Shown here piece after piece: positions 29,493 through 38,323 of a stretch of 64,000 nt of DNA; the first letter of the stretch is position 1; each line of letters begins with the position of its first letter. Where the stretch lies: the NCBI GenBank assembly GCA_965213675.1, contig OZ243916.1, positions 1,760,001-1,824,000 on the forward strand. Reading direction: 5' to 3'. Below the pieces are notes generated by a model, which saw nothing but the letters and a program-made list of their open reading frames with translations, was not told the DNA's origin and searched no databases. A program made the position numbers and the translations under genes. Source of the stretch: an uncultured Candidatus Binatia bacterium. GTDB lineage: Bacteria > Desulfobacterota > Binatia > UBA9968 > JAJDTQ01.

Positions 29493-30821
29493 GTGTCACA
29501 ACCAGACAAGGCTCTCCACATCATCCGGCGTCTGCGCGCGGCCGGCCACGAAGCCTACCTCGCTGGCGGATGCGTGCGCGACCGTCTTCTGGAACGAGAG
29601 CCCAAGGACTACGACGTGGCCACCGCCGCGACCCCCCGGCAGGTCCAGGCCCTCTTCACCGACACGGTGGACGTGGGATCGCGATTCGGCTCGGTGGTCG
29701 TGCTGGTGGAGAGCGAGCCGTTCGAAGTCACCACCTTCCGCTGCGACGGCCCCTACCGCGACGGACGCCGGCCCGAACACGTCCGCCATGGTACCCTGGA
29801 GGACGATGTCCGGCGGCGCGACTTCACCATCAACGCCATGATGTACGACCCGGTGGACGATCGGCTCATCGACCTGGTGGACGGCAGGGCCGACCTGGCC
29901 CGGGGTTTGATCCGGGCCATCGGCGATCCCCACGAGCGTTTCGCCGAGGACCGCCTGCGCATGGTCCGGGCCGTGCGTCTGGCCTGCGGCCTGGGCTTCG
30001 CCATCGACGGGCCGACGCTGCTGGCCATCCGCAGCCACGCCGCCGCCGTCACCCAGGTGGCGTGGGAACGCATCGGAGCCGAAGTCACCCGCACCCTCAC
30101 CGAGGGCGGCGCCCGGCGCGGGTTCGAGTTGCTGGACGAGACCGGACTCCTGGAAGTGATCCTGCCCGAAATCACCGCCATGAAGGGTTGCGAGCAGACC
30201 CCGGACCACCACCCCGAGGGGGACGTCTTCGTCCACACGCTGACGCTCCTGGGTCACCTCGACGCCGCTCCCACCGAGACCCTCGCCTACGGCTGCCTGC
30301 TGCACGACGTGGCCAAGCCGCCGTGCCGCCAGCCCGCGGGCGAGCGCGTCACGTTCCACGGCCACCCGGAGCTGGGCGCGGAGATGGCCGTGCAGATCCT
30401 CCAGCGTCTCAAGCGAAGCCGCGCCGTGGCCGAACGCGTGGCCTGGCTGGTGCGCTATCACCTGCGCTACACCCAGGCGCCGAAGATGCGCCTCAGCACG
30501 CTCAAGCGCTTCCTCGCCGACGACGGCATCCTCGAACTCCTGGAGCTGTGCCGCATCGACGCGCTTTCATCCAATGGCGATCTGGGCTACTACGATTTCT
30601 GTCAGCGGAAGCTCGCCGAACTGGGCGAACAGGAAGTCAAGCCAGCCCCATTGCTGCGCGGCCGCGACCTCATCCGGCTCGGCCATTTGCCCGGCCCCTC
30701 CTTCTCGGCCATGCTGCGGGCCGTCGAGGAGGCCCAACTCGAGGGCGAACTGACGACGCCGGCCGAGGCCGTCGATTGGGTGCGCGAGCGCTATCCGCTC
30801 GACGAGGAGCTTGGGCCGTAG
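29493..30821 (+). CDS. cca: CCA tRNA nucleotidyltransferase (with HD domain)
   Basis: AYLAGGCVRDRLL…PKDYDVAT, EVTTFR, RRDFTINAM, RFAEDRLRMVRAVR, HHPEGDVFVHT, LLHDVAKP; start refined to GTG 29493. Confidence 0.88.
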   Translation: MSQPDKALHIIRRLRAAGHEAYLAGGCVRDRLLEREPKDYDVATAATPRQVQALFTDTVDVGSRFGSVVVLVESEPFEVTTFRCDGPYRDGRRPEHVRHGTLEDDVRRRDFTINAMMYDPVDDRLIDLVDGRADLARGLIRAIGDPHERFAEDRLRMVRAVRLACGLGFAIDGPTLLAIRSHAAAVTQVAWERIGAEVTRTLTEGGARRGFELLDETGLLEVILPEITAMKGCEQTPDHHPEGDVFVHTLTLLGHLDAAPTETLAYGCLLHDVAKPPCRQPAGERVTFHGHPELGAEMAVQILQRLKRSRAVAERVAWLVRYHLRYTQAPKMRLSTLKRFLADDGILELLELCRIDALSSNGDLGYYDFCQRKLAELGEQEVKPAPLLRGRDLIRLGHLPGPSFSAMLRAVEEAQLEGELTTPAEAVDWVRERYPLDEELGP

Positions 30822-30873
30822 GAATTCACGAAAGCGAAAATTCGTTTTCGTGAATTCCTGCGGCGCAAGCTCC
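30805..30873. mobile_element. MITE family A, internally deleted hairpin copy overlapping the cca stop codon
   Basis: aggagcttgggccgtaggaattcacgaaagcgaaaattcgttttcgtgaattcctgcggcgcaagctcc: both TIRs joined by a short palindromic core. Confidence 0.75.
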
Positions 30874-30951
30874 GACGGCGCCCACCTCTCACGACTGGCG
30901 CATGCCCTGCATCCGCGGAGCGCCGACCGATCCACACGGAGGTAACGACGA

Positions 30952-33255
30952 ATGGCGAAAGCCGCCAAACACCAGGTCATCGGCAAGTCCCACCATCGGG
31001 TGGACGGCGTGGTCAAGGCCACCGGCAAGGCCGTTTACGCCATGGACCTGGAGCTGCCGGGCATGCTCCACGCCAAGGTCCTGCGCAGCCCGTTCCCGCA
31101 CGCGCGCCTGCGGCGCATCGACGCCACCAAGGCCGAGGCGCTGCCGGGGGTGGTCACGGTACTGACCCGCGAGACCCTGGACGGGATGAACCCGTACTTC
31201 GGCTCCGCCTACAAGGACCAGACCGTCGTCGCCCTGGACAAGGTGCGCTACGACGGCGACCCGGTGGCGGCGGTAGCCGCGACGGACGAGGCCGCCGCGG
31301 CGGAAGCGCTGGCGCTCATCGAGACCGAGTACGAGGAACTTCCCGCGGTGACGGACGTGGCCGACGCCATCGCGCCAGGCGCGCCGCTGGTACATGAACA
31401 TGTGGCCGACGCCGACGAGCTCCACGGCCACGCCTACCGCGTACCCGAGGCATTCCGCGGCACCAATGTGTGCTACGCCTACAACTATTCCCGGGGCGAC
31501 GTGGACAAGGGTTTCGCCCGGGCCGACCATGTCTTCGAGGATGTCTTCACCTTCCCCCAAGTGCAGCATTATCCGCTGGAGCCGCACATCACCATCGCCG
31601 GGGTGGAGAACGGACATGTGACCCTGTGGTCCTCCACCCAGGACCCGTTCACCCTCCAGCGCCACATCGCCGAGTTCTTCTCCATCCCCATCAACCGGGT
31701 GCGGGTCATCGTGCCCCACATCGGCGGCGCCTACGGCGGCAAGCTGTCGGTGAAAAACGAGCCGCTGGTGGCGGCGCTGGCATGGAAAACCGGCCGAACG
31801 GTGAAAATCACCCACACCTCCGAGGAGACTTTCCGCACCATCACGCGGCATCCCGCCCGGTTCCGCATCAAGACCGGTGTGAACCGCGACGGCAAGCTCG
31901 TGGCGCGGGAGTGCGAAGTGCACATGGGCACCGGCGCCTACGCGGACTACGGCCCGCGGGTGTCCCAGAAGGCAGGCTACCGCGCGCCCGGTCCGTACCG
32001 CATCCCCCACGTCAAGGTGGACGCCTACACGGTCTACACCAACGCCGTGCCTGCGGGCGCGTTCCGGGGTTTCGGCACCTTGCAGGTCACCTGGGCGTAC
32101 GAGTCGCAGATGGACATGATCGCGCGCCGCCTCGGCCTGGACCCGCTGGAGTTCCGCGTCCGCAACCTGATGAAGAAGGGCGGCCTCTTCACCAAGGGCG
32201 ACAGCCCGGTGGACTGCGACCTGGAGGCGGGCCTGCGGCGCACCGCCAAGGCCCTGGGCTGGGGCAAGAAGAAGAAGGAACCGAACCGCGGCATGGGTCT
32301 GGCCTGCTGCATGAAGGACGGCGGCGGCACGTACAAGGTGGCGTCGGCATCCATCAAGCTCAACTCCGACGGCAGCGCGGTGCTGTTCACCGGCACCGTG
32401 GAGATCGGCCAGGGGTGCCGCACCGCCTTGGCGCAGGTGGCCGCGGAGGGGCTTTCCCTCCCCTACGAAGCGGTCACCGTGGCCCAGCTCGACACCGACT
32501 CGACCCCGTACGACGCCGCCACCAACGCCAGCAGCTCCATGGTCATCATGGGCCTGTGCGTGGAACGGGCCGCCACCGAATTGAAGCGGCAACTGCGCCG
32601 GGCCGCCGCCAGGCTGTTCAAGTGCAAGGCTGGGAAAGTCACGTTGAAGAATGGCCACGTCCACGCCGGCAAGGGTAAGCGCCTGAGCTATGAGGAGGTG
32701 CTCAACCGCAACTTCGGGGCCAAGGGCGGCGAACTCCTGGCCAAGGGGACCTACCAGGACGTGCACAGCAAGAAGGCCGTGCTGGGCTCGCCCACCACCT
32801 TCTGGGAAACGAGCTGGGGCGGCGCCGAAGTGGAAGTGGACCCGGACACCGGCGTGGTCAAGCTCCTCAAATACATCTCCACCGCCGACGTCGGCAAGGC
32901 CATCCATCCGCTCCAGTGCGAGGGGCAGGACGAGGGCGGCGTCATGTTCGCCATCGGCCACTCGCTGATGGAGGAGATGCAGTACGACAACGGCCACCTG
33001 CTCAACCCGAACATCATCGACTACCGGCTGCCCACCTTCAAGGACATCCCCGGAACCTTCCACACCATCATGCTGGAAGACGCCAACGGCCCCGGCCCCT
33101 ATGGCTCCAAGGGACTCGGCGAAGGCGGCCTGATGCCCGTCTCCCCCGCCATCGGCAACGCCATCGAGGACGCCGTCGGTGTGCGTGTGCGCGACCTGCC
33201 CATCACGCCGGAGAGGATGTGGCGGGCGCTGCGGGAGAAGCGCGCGCGGGAATGA
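30952..33255 (+). CDS. Xanthine dehydrogenase-family molybdopterin-binding large subunit (stand-alone)
   Basis: RVDGVVKATGKA, LRSPFPHA, IGGAYGGK, AFRGFG, EIGQG, GSKGLGEGG, DLPITPER. Confidence 0.92.
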   Translation: MAKAAKHQVIGKSHHRVDGVVKATGKAVYAMDLELPGMLHAKVLRSPFPHARLRRIDATKAEALPGVVTVLTRETLDGMNPYFGSAYKDQTVVALDKVRYDGDPVAAVAATDEAAAAEALALIETEYEELPAVTDVADAIAPGAPLVHEHVADADELHGHAYRVPEAFRGTNVCYAYNYSRGDVDKGFARADHVFEDVFTFPQVQHYPLEPHITIAGVENGHVTLWSSTQDPFTLQRHIAEFFSIPINRVRVIVPHIGGAYGGKLSVKNEPLVAALAWKTGRTVKITHTSEETFRTITRHPARFRIKTGVNRDGKLVARECEVHMGTGAYADYGPRVSQKAGYRAPGPYRIPHVKVDAYTVYTNAVPAGAFRGFGTLQVTWAYESQMDMIARRLGLDPLEFRVRNLMKKGGLFTKGDSPVDCDLEAGLRRTAKALGWGKKKKEPNRGMGLACCMKDGGGTYKVASASIKLNSDGSAVLFTGTVEIGQGCRTALAQVAAEGLSLPYEAVTVAQLDTDSTPYDAATNASSSMVIMGLCVERAATELKRQLRRAAARLFKCKAGKVTLKNGHVHAGKGKRLSYEEVLNRNFGAKGGELLAKGTYQDVHSKKAVLGSPTTFWETSWGGAEVEVDPDTGVVKLLKYISTADVGKAIHPLQCEGQDEGGVMFAIGHSLMEEMQYDNGHLLNPNIIDYRLPTFKDIPGTFHTIMLEDANGPGPYGSKGLGEGGLMPVSPAIGNAIEDAVGVRVRDLPITPERMWRALREKRARE

Positions 33256-33546
33256 GTACCCCGTGGGCTGGCGGATTGATCGCTTTCAACGCACCAAGCG
33301 TCCTGCATTCCACGGCACCGGACTCGGAGTATGTCGGGGTAAATATTCGGTATCCCCCACACCGGGGACCGACAGAATTACCGCCCAAGAAATCAAACTG
33401 TCAGGTGGTATATGGATTTCAAGTGAGTGGGAACTGTCCAATGGCTAGTGTTGCGTTCCGAAAATACGTTGAAGATGCGCAGCAATGTCGGATGTGTATT
33501 GCCGAGCCCGGCAGGCGGGCAGGAGCCGGGGCAAGCAGCGGCTGGG

Positions 33547-34311
33547 TCAACCGGCGATCTTGAGGACCAAGGCTTTCGGCCCGGCGCCGTGCCAGGCATA
33601 GGAGCCGAGCGGCGTGTTGTGGACCTGGAAGCCTGCCTCCTCCAGGTGGGCGGCGGTTTCCGGGCAACCCTCCGGCAGGACCACGTTCCGGCCCGCGAAC
33701 AGCGCATTGCATCCCAGGCGCCGCGCATCACCCGCATCGACGGGGTGGGGCCGCGGCACGTGATCCTGGATTTCCTTCCGCGCGGCCGGGTCGAAAGCCT
33801 CCGGAAGAAACAGCGCGCTGCCGTCGCCCACCGGGCACAGGCAAGTGTCCAGGGGCCAGTTCCAGACGCTGGACAGGCCCAGAGAGCGGACCTCGCGGCC
33901 GAATATCCCCGAGACGGCTTCGTGGGCCGCCAAGTCGTCGTCCGAGCGGTATCCCGCGAACATGGTCCCGCCCACGACCACCAGATCCCGCTCGCCCTCG
34001 AAGCGACAGCCTTCCGAGAGCCCCGGCACGGCGTAACCCCGGACCAGAAAGAAGTTCTCCCACGCGTCGGCTTCGGGTCGCCTTGAGTTTTCCCGAAACC
34101 GGCTCACGATGAACGATTCGCCCCACACGAAGCCACCGCTGGCGGCCAGTACGAGCCTGGGCATGTCGGGCCTGGGCTCCAGCAAGTCAACCTCCACGTC
34201 CAGATCGTCGCGCAGGAGGCGGTAGAGGCCGCGCCATTCGGCCAGGACGGCGGAGGCATCCTCGCCGGGGTCGGGCTCGTAATGGAGCGGCGGGCACATC
34301 AGGACCTTCAC
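33547..34311 (-). CDS. Amidinotransferase/DDAH-fold (pentein) protein, catalytic residues apparently lost
   Basis: VLMCPP, SRFRxxxRxPE, FEGERD, LDTCLCP, GCNA, GAGPKAL align by eye to arginine-dihydrolase/DDAH-like proteins. Confidence 0.75.
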   Translation of the reverse strand: MKVLMCPPLHYEPDPGEDASAVLAEWRGLYRLLRDDLDVEVDLLEPRPDMPRLVLAASGGFVWGESFIVSRFRENSRRPEADAWENFFLVRGYAVPGLSEGCRFEGERDLVVVGGTMFAGYRSDDDLAAHEAVSGIFGREVRSLGLSSVWNWPLDTCLCPVGDGSALFLPEAFDPAARKEIQDHVPRPHPVDAGDARRLGCNALFAGRNVVLPEGCPETAAHLEEAGFQVHNTPLGSYAWHGAGPKALVLKIAG

Positions 34312-34338
34312 GGTGGACTCTCCTGATCCTGCCAGCCC

Positions 34339-35319
34339 TCAGCAGCCGTTCTCCGGGAACAGCCGGGCCACGTTCCCGCCCAGCAGCTTGCGCTTGACGG
34401 CCGCGCTGGCCTTGACTGCCTTGACGATGGCGACGGCGTCGCCGAGGCGGTCGATGGTTGGGAAGTCACTGCCCATGAGCACCTGATCCTCGCCCACCAT
34501 GTCCATGGCGAAGCGAACCTCGCCCGGACGCCAGAACGGCGGCGCGGTGTCGATGAAGAGGCGGTGCTGGAACTTGTCGAAGTAGCCCTGCTCGCGCTTG
34601 TCCCAGAAGGACGGGTTGAGGCGGTTGCGGAGCGCAAACCAAGCGCCGCCCAGGTGGGTGAAGACGAAGCGCAGTTTGGGGAACTTCTCCAGCGTGCCGC
34701 TCAGCATGAGGCGCACGATGTTGATGGTGTTGTCCATGGCGCGCCCGAGATTGCGGGTGAGGTTGAACTGCTCCATGCCGTGGGGGTGAGCCAGCGGCAA
34801 CTCCGAGGACGGATGCACGAAGATCGGGATGTCCAGATCGGAGACCAGGCGGTAGAAGGGGTGGTAGCGCCGGTCGTCCAGCAGCGCCCCGTGGATGTGC
34901 GTGTTGATGCCCACGCCGCGGAACCCCAGCTTCAACACCGCGCGCTTGAGTTCCCGGCGGCCGCCGGCCTCCAGCGCGGGCACGTGCGCCAGCGGGATGA
35001 TGCGGCCGGGGAACCGTGCCACGAGTCGGGCCATCTCGTCGTTGATGAAGCGCGCCGCGGGAACGTCGATCCAGTCGAGCCAGCAGCCCACGTGAAGCAC
35101 GGCCTGGTCCACGCCCACCCGGTCCATCTCCTCGATCTGCGCGGTCATGTCCGCAGTCATGGCGGGGGGTCCGAAAAGCTGCACCCCTTCCCGGCGGATG
35201 GCGAGCCGGTCCGGCCGCCGCACAACCGTCTCCCCAGCACGGATCAGCGGTTCCGGGTGCCGGTAATGTACCTCGGGCATCCAGTGATGATGCGCGTCGA
35301 TGATCAGCGTCTTCGCCAT
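34339..35319 (-). CDS. Amidohydrolase_2 family (ACMSD-like) metal-dependent hydrolase/decarboxylase
   Basis: IIDAHHH, IFVHP, THLGG, MGSDFP; start refined to ATG 35319. Confidence 0.88.
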   Translation of the reverse strand: MAKTLIIDAHHHWMPEVHYRHPEPLIRAGETVVRRPDRLAIRREGVQLFGPPAMTADMTAQIEEMDRVGVDQAVLHVGCWLDWIDVPAARFINDEMARLVARFPGRIIPLAHVPALEAGGRRELKRAVLKLGFRGVGINTHIHGALLDDRRYHPFYRLVSDLDIPIFVHPSSELPLAHPHGMEQFNLTRNLGRAMDNTINIVRLMLSGTLEKFPKLRFVFTHLGGAWFALRNRLNPSFWDKREQGYFDKFQHRLFIDTAPPFWRPGEVRFAMDMVGEDQVLMGSDFPTIDRLGDAVAIVKAVKASAAVKRKLLGGNVARLFPENGC

Positions 35320-35327
35320 GGAGCCTC

Positions 35328-35494
35328 CTGGGAGCCTGCGCCGCAGGAATTCGCGAAAGCGACAATTCGCCATCGCCATCCCTTCGGCCGGTCGATTGAG
35401 AAAAATATCATGTCAAATTTGACGAAATCGACCGGCCGAAGGGGCGGATGAGAGCGGTTCTGCAGCCGTGAATTCCGGCGGCGCAAGCTCCTGG
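35328..35494. mobile_element. MITE family A, full copy (inverted relative to 29248)
   Basis: ctgggagcctgcgccgcaggaattc…gaattccggcggcgcaagctcctgg; internal gtcaaatttgac palindrome is shared with copy 1 (gtcaaatatgac). Confidence 0.8.
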
Positions 35495-35655
35495 TGTGGT
35501 GTCTGGTTAATTCGCGTCATAATCTGCGGGTCTTTTTCGCCGTCGGCTGCGTTGTTCTTCCTCGCGTGGTACACGCCACTGCTCGTCATCGCGCCTTGCC
35601 GACAACAAAAAATCCTCCGCAGATTATGACCCGAATTAACCAGACACCACACTAG
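35491..35655. mobile_element. MITE-like element family B (165 bp, ~39-bp TIR CTAGTGTGGTGTCTGGTTAATTCGCGTCATAATCTGCGG)
   Basis: Near-identical to the reverse complement of 43698-43862; terminal CTAG contains the MFS stop codon. Confidence 0.88.
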
Positions 35656-36938
35656 GCATCCGCCCCTTTGCTCGGGGCGACGATCCAGATGCACGCCAAC
35701 GATAGCACACACAGCACGATACCGATCCAGCACGAGCTGGCATAGCTGCCTGAGAGGTCGTGGAGGTAGCCCGCCAGCCAAGGGCCGATACCCGCGCCCA
35801 TGCCGATACTGAAAGCCAGAAAGCCGATGATCGAGCCGAAATGCTCGCCATGAAAAATATCCGCGGCGATGGTCGGATAGAGCCCTTGGCGCGACCCGAA
35901 ACCCACGGCGAACAGCGGCGGGTAAAGCGACGCCACGAAAATCTCCGACATCCCCTCGAGGTTGAGGATGAACAGGATGCCGCCCACCAAGGCCAGACTG
36001 CCGATGGTGTAGGCTCGCTCGCTGCCGATGCGGTCCGAGAGCGTTCCCATGCCGATCATGGTGAAGGTGGTGAACAACCCGGTGAGGCCCAGTACCCAGG
36101 CTCCGAACTCCCGCGAGAGTCCGGCGTCCACCATGGCGGCCACCTGATGCACCAACACCATGTGCACGGGGATGGCGCCCAGCACAAACCCCCCGGCCAG
36201 CGCCCAGAACCGGTAGTTGCGCAACGCCGCAGCGAGAGTCACGCCGCCCTCGCGCGCCCGGCGCGGACCTCCGCTTGCCGCGGCCGTGGTCACGCCGAAG
36301 TCCGGCAGCAGTCCCATGTCCTGCGGCCGGCGCCGTTGGAAAAGCACGTTGAGCGGCACCACCGCCGCCACCATCAGGCCGGCCAGCATCAGATACGCGT
36401 TGCGCCAGCCGAATGCGCCGATCAGCCACTCCGCGGCCGGCACCACCAGAAAGATGCCGGCGCCGATGCCCGAAGCCGCAAGGCCCATGGCCATGCCGCG
36501 CTTGCGAACGAACCAGTTGCTGATGACCGTGGCCTGCGACGTCATGGGCAGCGCGGCGAAACCGAAGCCCACCAGAAGCCCCATGCCCAGGTAGTAGTGC
36601 CAGACGGCCTGCGTCATGGCGCTGACGATGAAACCTGCGGCCATGAGACCGGCGCCCGCCGGGAACACGAACCTGGGGCCGAGCCGGTCCAGCATCTGCC
36701 CCCACACCGGCGCGGAAACGGTCCATGCCACCGAGCCGAGGGTCAGCGCGCCCGCGGCCAGGCCGCGGCTCCACTGAAACTCCTCGATAACCGCCACGAA
36801 GAAGAGCGCGAAAGCGGCGCGGCACCCGAAGGCGGCGGCGACGGTCGTGAACGAGATACCAAGGACCACCCACGGGTAGGCGCGGTTGAGCCGTGCCGTG
36901 CGCGCGGCGGGCGCGGGATCGGGATCCCGTGCGCTCAA
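35652..36938 (-). CDS. MFS transporter
   Basis: About 12 TM segments; motifs GQMLDRLGPR and GTLSDRIGSE; NWFVRKRGMAMG. Confidence 0.9.
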   Translation of the reverse strand: MSARDPDPAPAARTARLNRAYPWVVLGISFTTVAAAFGCRAAFALFFVAVIEEFQWSRGLAAGALTLGSVAWTVSAPVWGQMLDRLGPRFVFPAGAGLMAAGFIVSAMTQAVWHYYLGMGLLVGFGFAALPMTSQATVISNWFVRKRGMAMGLAASGIGAGIFLVVPAAEWLIGAFGWRNAYLMLAGLMVAAVVPLNVLFQRRRPQDMGLLPDFGVTTAAASGGPRRAREGGVTLAAALRNYRFWALAGGFVLGAIPVHMVLVHQVAAMVDAGLSREFGAWVLGLTGLFTTFTMIGMGTLSDRIGSERAYTIGSLALVGGILFILNLEGMSEIFVASLYPPLFAVGFGSRQGLYPTIAADIFHGEHFGSIIGFLAFSIGMGAGIGPWLAGYLHDLSGSYASSCWIGIVLCVLSLACIWIVAPSKGADA

Positions 36939-36974
36939 CCGACAGTTCCCCCAGCGGCCGAAACAGGCATCCGG

Positions 36975-38054
36975 CTACGCCAGTCTGGGAACAATTTCGT
37001 CGCTCAGGAACCGGATCACAGAGGCGTAGTCGCGGCCGAGCTTGGCGAACGAGATCTGTTGAAACCCGAGGCGCTCGGCCTCGGCGGCCAGCTCCATGAT
37101 GGGCTCCACACAGTCCGAAGGCCTTCCGGCGACGAAGCAGGCGCGCGGCATGGCGTCGGTCACGAGCTCCCGCGAAGCCTGCTCGATGGTCATGCCTGAA
37201 TGAAGCGCCTCGCGAATGCGGTTGACCCGATCATGGTCGATGCCGATGCGTTCGAACTCCTCGGGGCTGTACCCCAGGGCCTGGAGGCTCACCATGTGAT
37301 GGGCCGCGTACTTCCTGGCCTCGGCCAGCGCCTCCTCGGGTTCTTCCGACACCGCGAGGTTGATCTCGCAGACCTTGCGCAGCTTCTTGTCCGGATCCAC
37401 GGCGCGCGCGGCCGCGTCCGCCCCCGCCATGGCCTGCTCCAACCGCCCGAGCTTGTGCATGGAGATGAAGTACCCGCCCATGAGCACCCCTTCCATGGTC
37501 TCGCCCGCTATGGCCAGGAAGCGCGGCCCCACGCCGCCGCCGTAGAAGCGCACGGGCGCCGCCGGCGGCCGCACCAGTTCGATGTGTCCACGAGGGTTCA
37601 TGTGGAAGTAGTCGCACAGGGCAGGATATGCCTCGAACTGGACGTGTTCGCCGCGGAACAACGCGCCGAGGAAACCCACCGTTTCCCGCACGATGCGAAA
37701 CGGCTGCGCCATCTCCAGATACTGCGGCACCTGCCCCTTGCTGCCCTTGGCGATGCCGAGGCTGATCTCACGCCCCTCGGTGAGTTCCGAAATGGCCAGA
37801 ACGGCGTCGGCCACGTCGATGGGATTGCGGAAGTAGGGCACCAGGATGGCGGTGCCGACCTTGAGGGGGGCGCGCGCGGCGATGGCCGTGGCGACGCTCA
37901 GGACGTTGCGGTAGCGGAGCGAATCGCTGAGCCAGACCTGCTTGAAGCCCCTTTCGGCGCCAAGCCCGGCCAACTCCATCAAATCCCTCGTGGTGTAGTA
38001 AGAAGCCGCCTGCAGCACGAACTGGAGTCCGAACTCCCCCGAGAAAATCGCCAT
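36975..38054 (-). CDS. LLM-class (luciferase-like) flavin/F420-dependent oxidoreductase
   Basis: GFKQVWLSD, KVGTAILVPYFRNP, TEGREISLGIAKG, GPRFLAIAGETMEGV; start refined to ATG 38054. Confidence 0.85.
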   Translation of the reverse strand: MAIFSGEFGLQFVLQAASYYTTRDLMELAGLGAERGFKQVWLSDSLRYRNVLSVATAIAARAPLKVGTAILVPYFRNPIDVADAVLAISELTEGREISLGIAKGSKGQVPQYLEMAQPFRIVRETVGFLGALFRGEHVQFEAYPALCDYFHMNPRGHIELVRPPAAPVRFYGGGVGPRFLAIAGETMEGVLMGGYFISMHKLGRLEQAMAGADAAARAVDPDKKLRKVCEINLAVSEEPEEALAEARKYAAHHMVSLQALGYSPEEFERIGIDHDRVNRIREALHSGMTIEQASRELVTDAMPRACFVAGRPSDCVEPIMELAAEAERLGFQQISFAKLGRDYASVIRFLSDEIVPRLA

Positions 38055-38083
38055 CCCCTCCCCCTTTCGGCCTGTCACTCGAT

Positions 38084-38099
38084 TCGGGATGTATCCCGA
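38084..38099. promoter_or_regulatory. Palindromic operator candidate TCGGGAT-GT-ATCCCGA upstream of the LLM/MFS operon
   Basis: Perfect 7-2-7 palindrome about 30 bp upstream of the ATG at 38054. Confidence 0.4.
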
Positions 38100-38210
38100 T
38101 TCCCACGCGGCCTGCAAGGCCACGGCCATCGGTCCGGGCCGGGACGACGGGTTCGAATCACGCGGCCGGGATTCACGACACCGGGAGGCGGCAGGATTCG
38201 GGTCCAGGGC

Positions 38211-38234
38211 AGGGGCAACCGGCCGGTCGCCCTT
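38211..38234. repeat. REP-like palindrome AGGGGCrACCGGCCG(G)TCGCyCyT
   Basis: aggggcaaccggccggtcgccctt; related copies at 52184 and 54135. Confidence 0.55.
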
Positions 38235-38323
38235 GGGACGGGCGCCCGTACAGGCGTGGCCGGCGCTCGCCCCTGTACGGGTGCCGTGCCTGGCGGCACA
38301 TCCCCGAGTACTGGCGCAAGCTC

